DNA of 64,000 nt from Haliotis rubra (Eukaryota). Under the pieces are notes generated by a model that worked only from the letters and a program-made list of their open reading frames with translations, searched no databases and had not been told where the DNA came from. Of this stretch, positions 63,756 to 64,000 are shown one piece after another. How positions within the stretch are numbered: the stretch's first letter is position 1; the number at the start of each line of letters is the position of its first letter. The translations under genes and the position numbers were made by a program. The stretch covers positions 310,001 through 374,000 of the forward strand of contig NW_025766503.1 of the NCBI RefSeq assembly GCF_003918875.1, in the 5' to 3' direction.

Positions 63756-64000
63756 AGAATCCTACGGATTAGGAGGTGGGATTATATATACTTTGGATTT
63801 TACTAATTAGTGATTTAAACTGAGATGATTGTAAAACCCTATGGGAACTTCATGAAGGCACTGAACTGAATTCCTGCTGTTAATTTAACAGCTGCCTTTT
63901 AAAGAAGGTTATTACAATTTACTGAATATAATAAAAGTATATAGAACATTAATTAAGCTAAAGCCATTAATGTGATAGTATAAACTGTTGATAGTTTATA

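Overview
Eukaryotic, AT-rich, intron- and repeat-dense genomic DNA, probably from a mollusc: the SINE families resemble gastropod/abalone repeats as I recall them, which I could not verify. There is one assembly gap (42043-42233). The window holds three genes. (1) The 3' part of a + strand DH-PH RhoGEF gene of the PLEKHG4/puratrophin-1 type, with exons from 2043 to 23331. One DH exon is missing inside a low-quality pyrimidine-rich tract, and a G-run frameshift hides a C-terminal PDZ-binding motif (-TDV). (2) A complete, convergent - strand ALPK1 orthologue with 9 phase-consistent coding exons (37514 to 28122, 944 aa by my exon sum). It keeps the N-terminal ADP-heptose-sensing domain and the alpha-kinase domain. 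(3) Several phase-compatible - strand exons of an unidentified gene (about 60.5-52.2 kb). Mobile DNA includes a Penelope-like retroelement remnant with a degenerate hammerhead motif next to a full-length DD34E Tc1 element, two SINE families sharing one 3' tail, a probable 5S/CORE SINE, HINE-like elements, MITEs and a TTAA-flanked Kolobok-like element. There are about 15 minisatellites. The most interesting observations are: minisatellites repeatedly built from the splice junctions themselves (about 30 acceptor copies and 19 donor copies); an invertebrate ALPK1 with conserved ligand residues; a non-tRNA SINE whose fixed 5' end folds into a pseudoknotted junction (ribozyme candidate); and a MITE that holds a 1-kb inverted copy of its neighbouring DNA.
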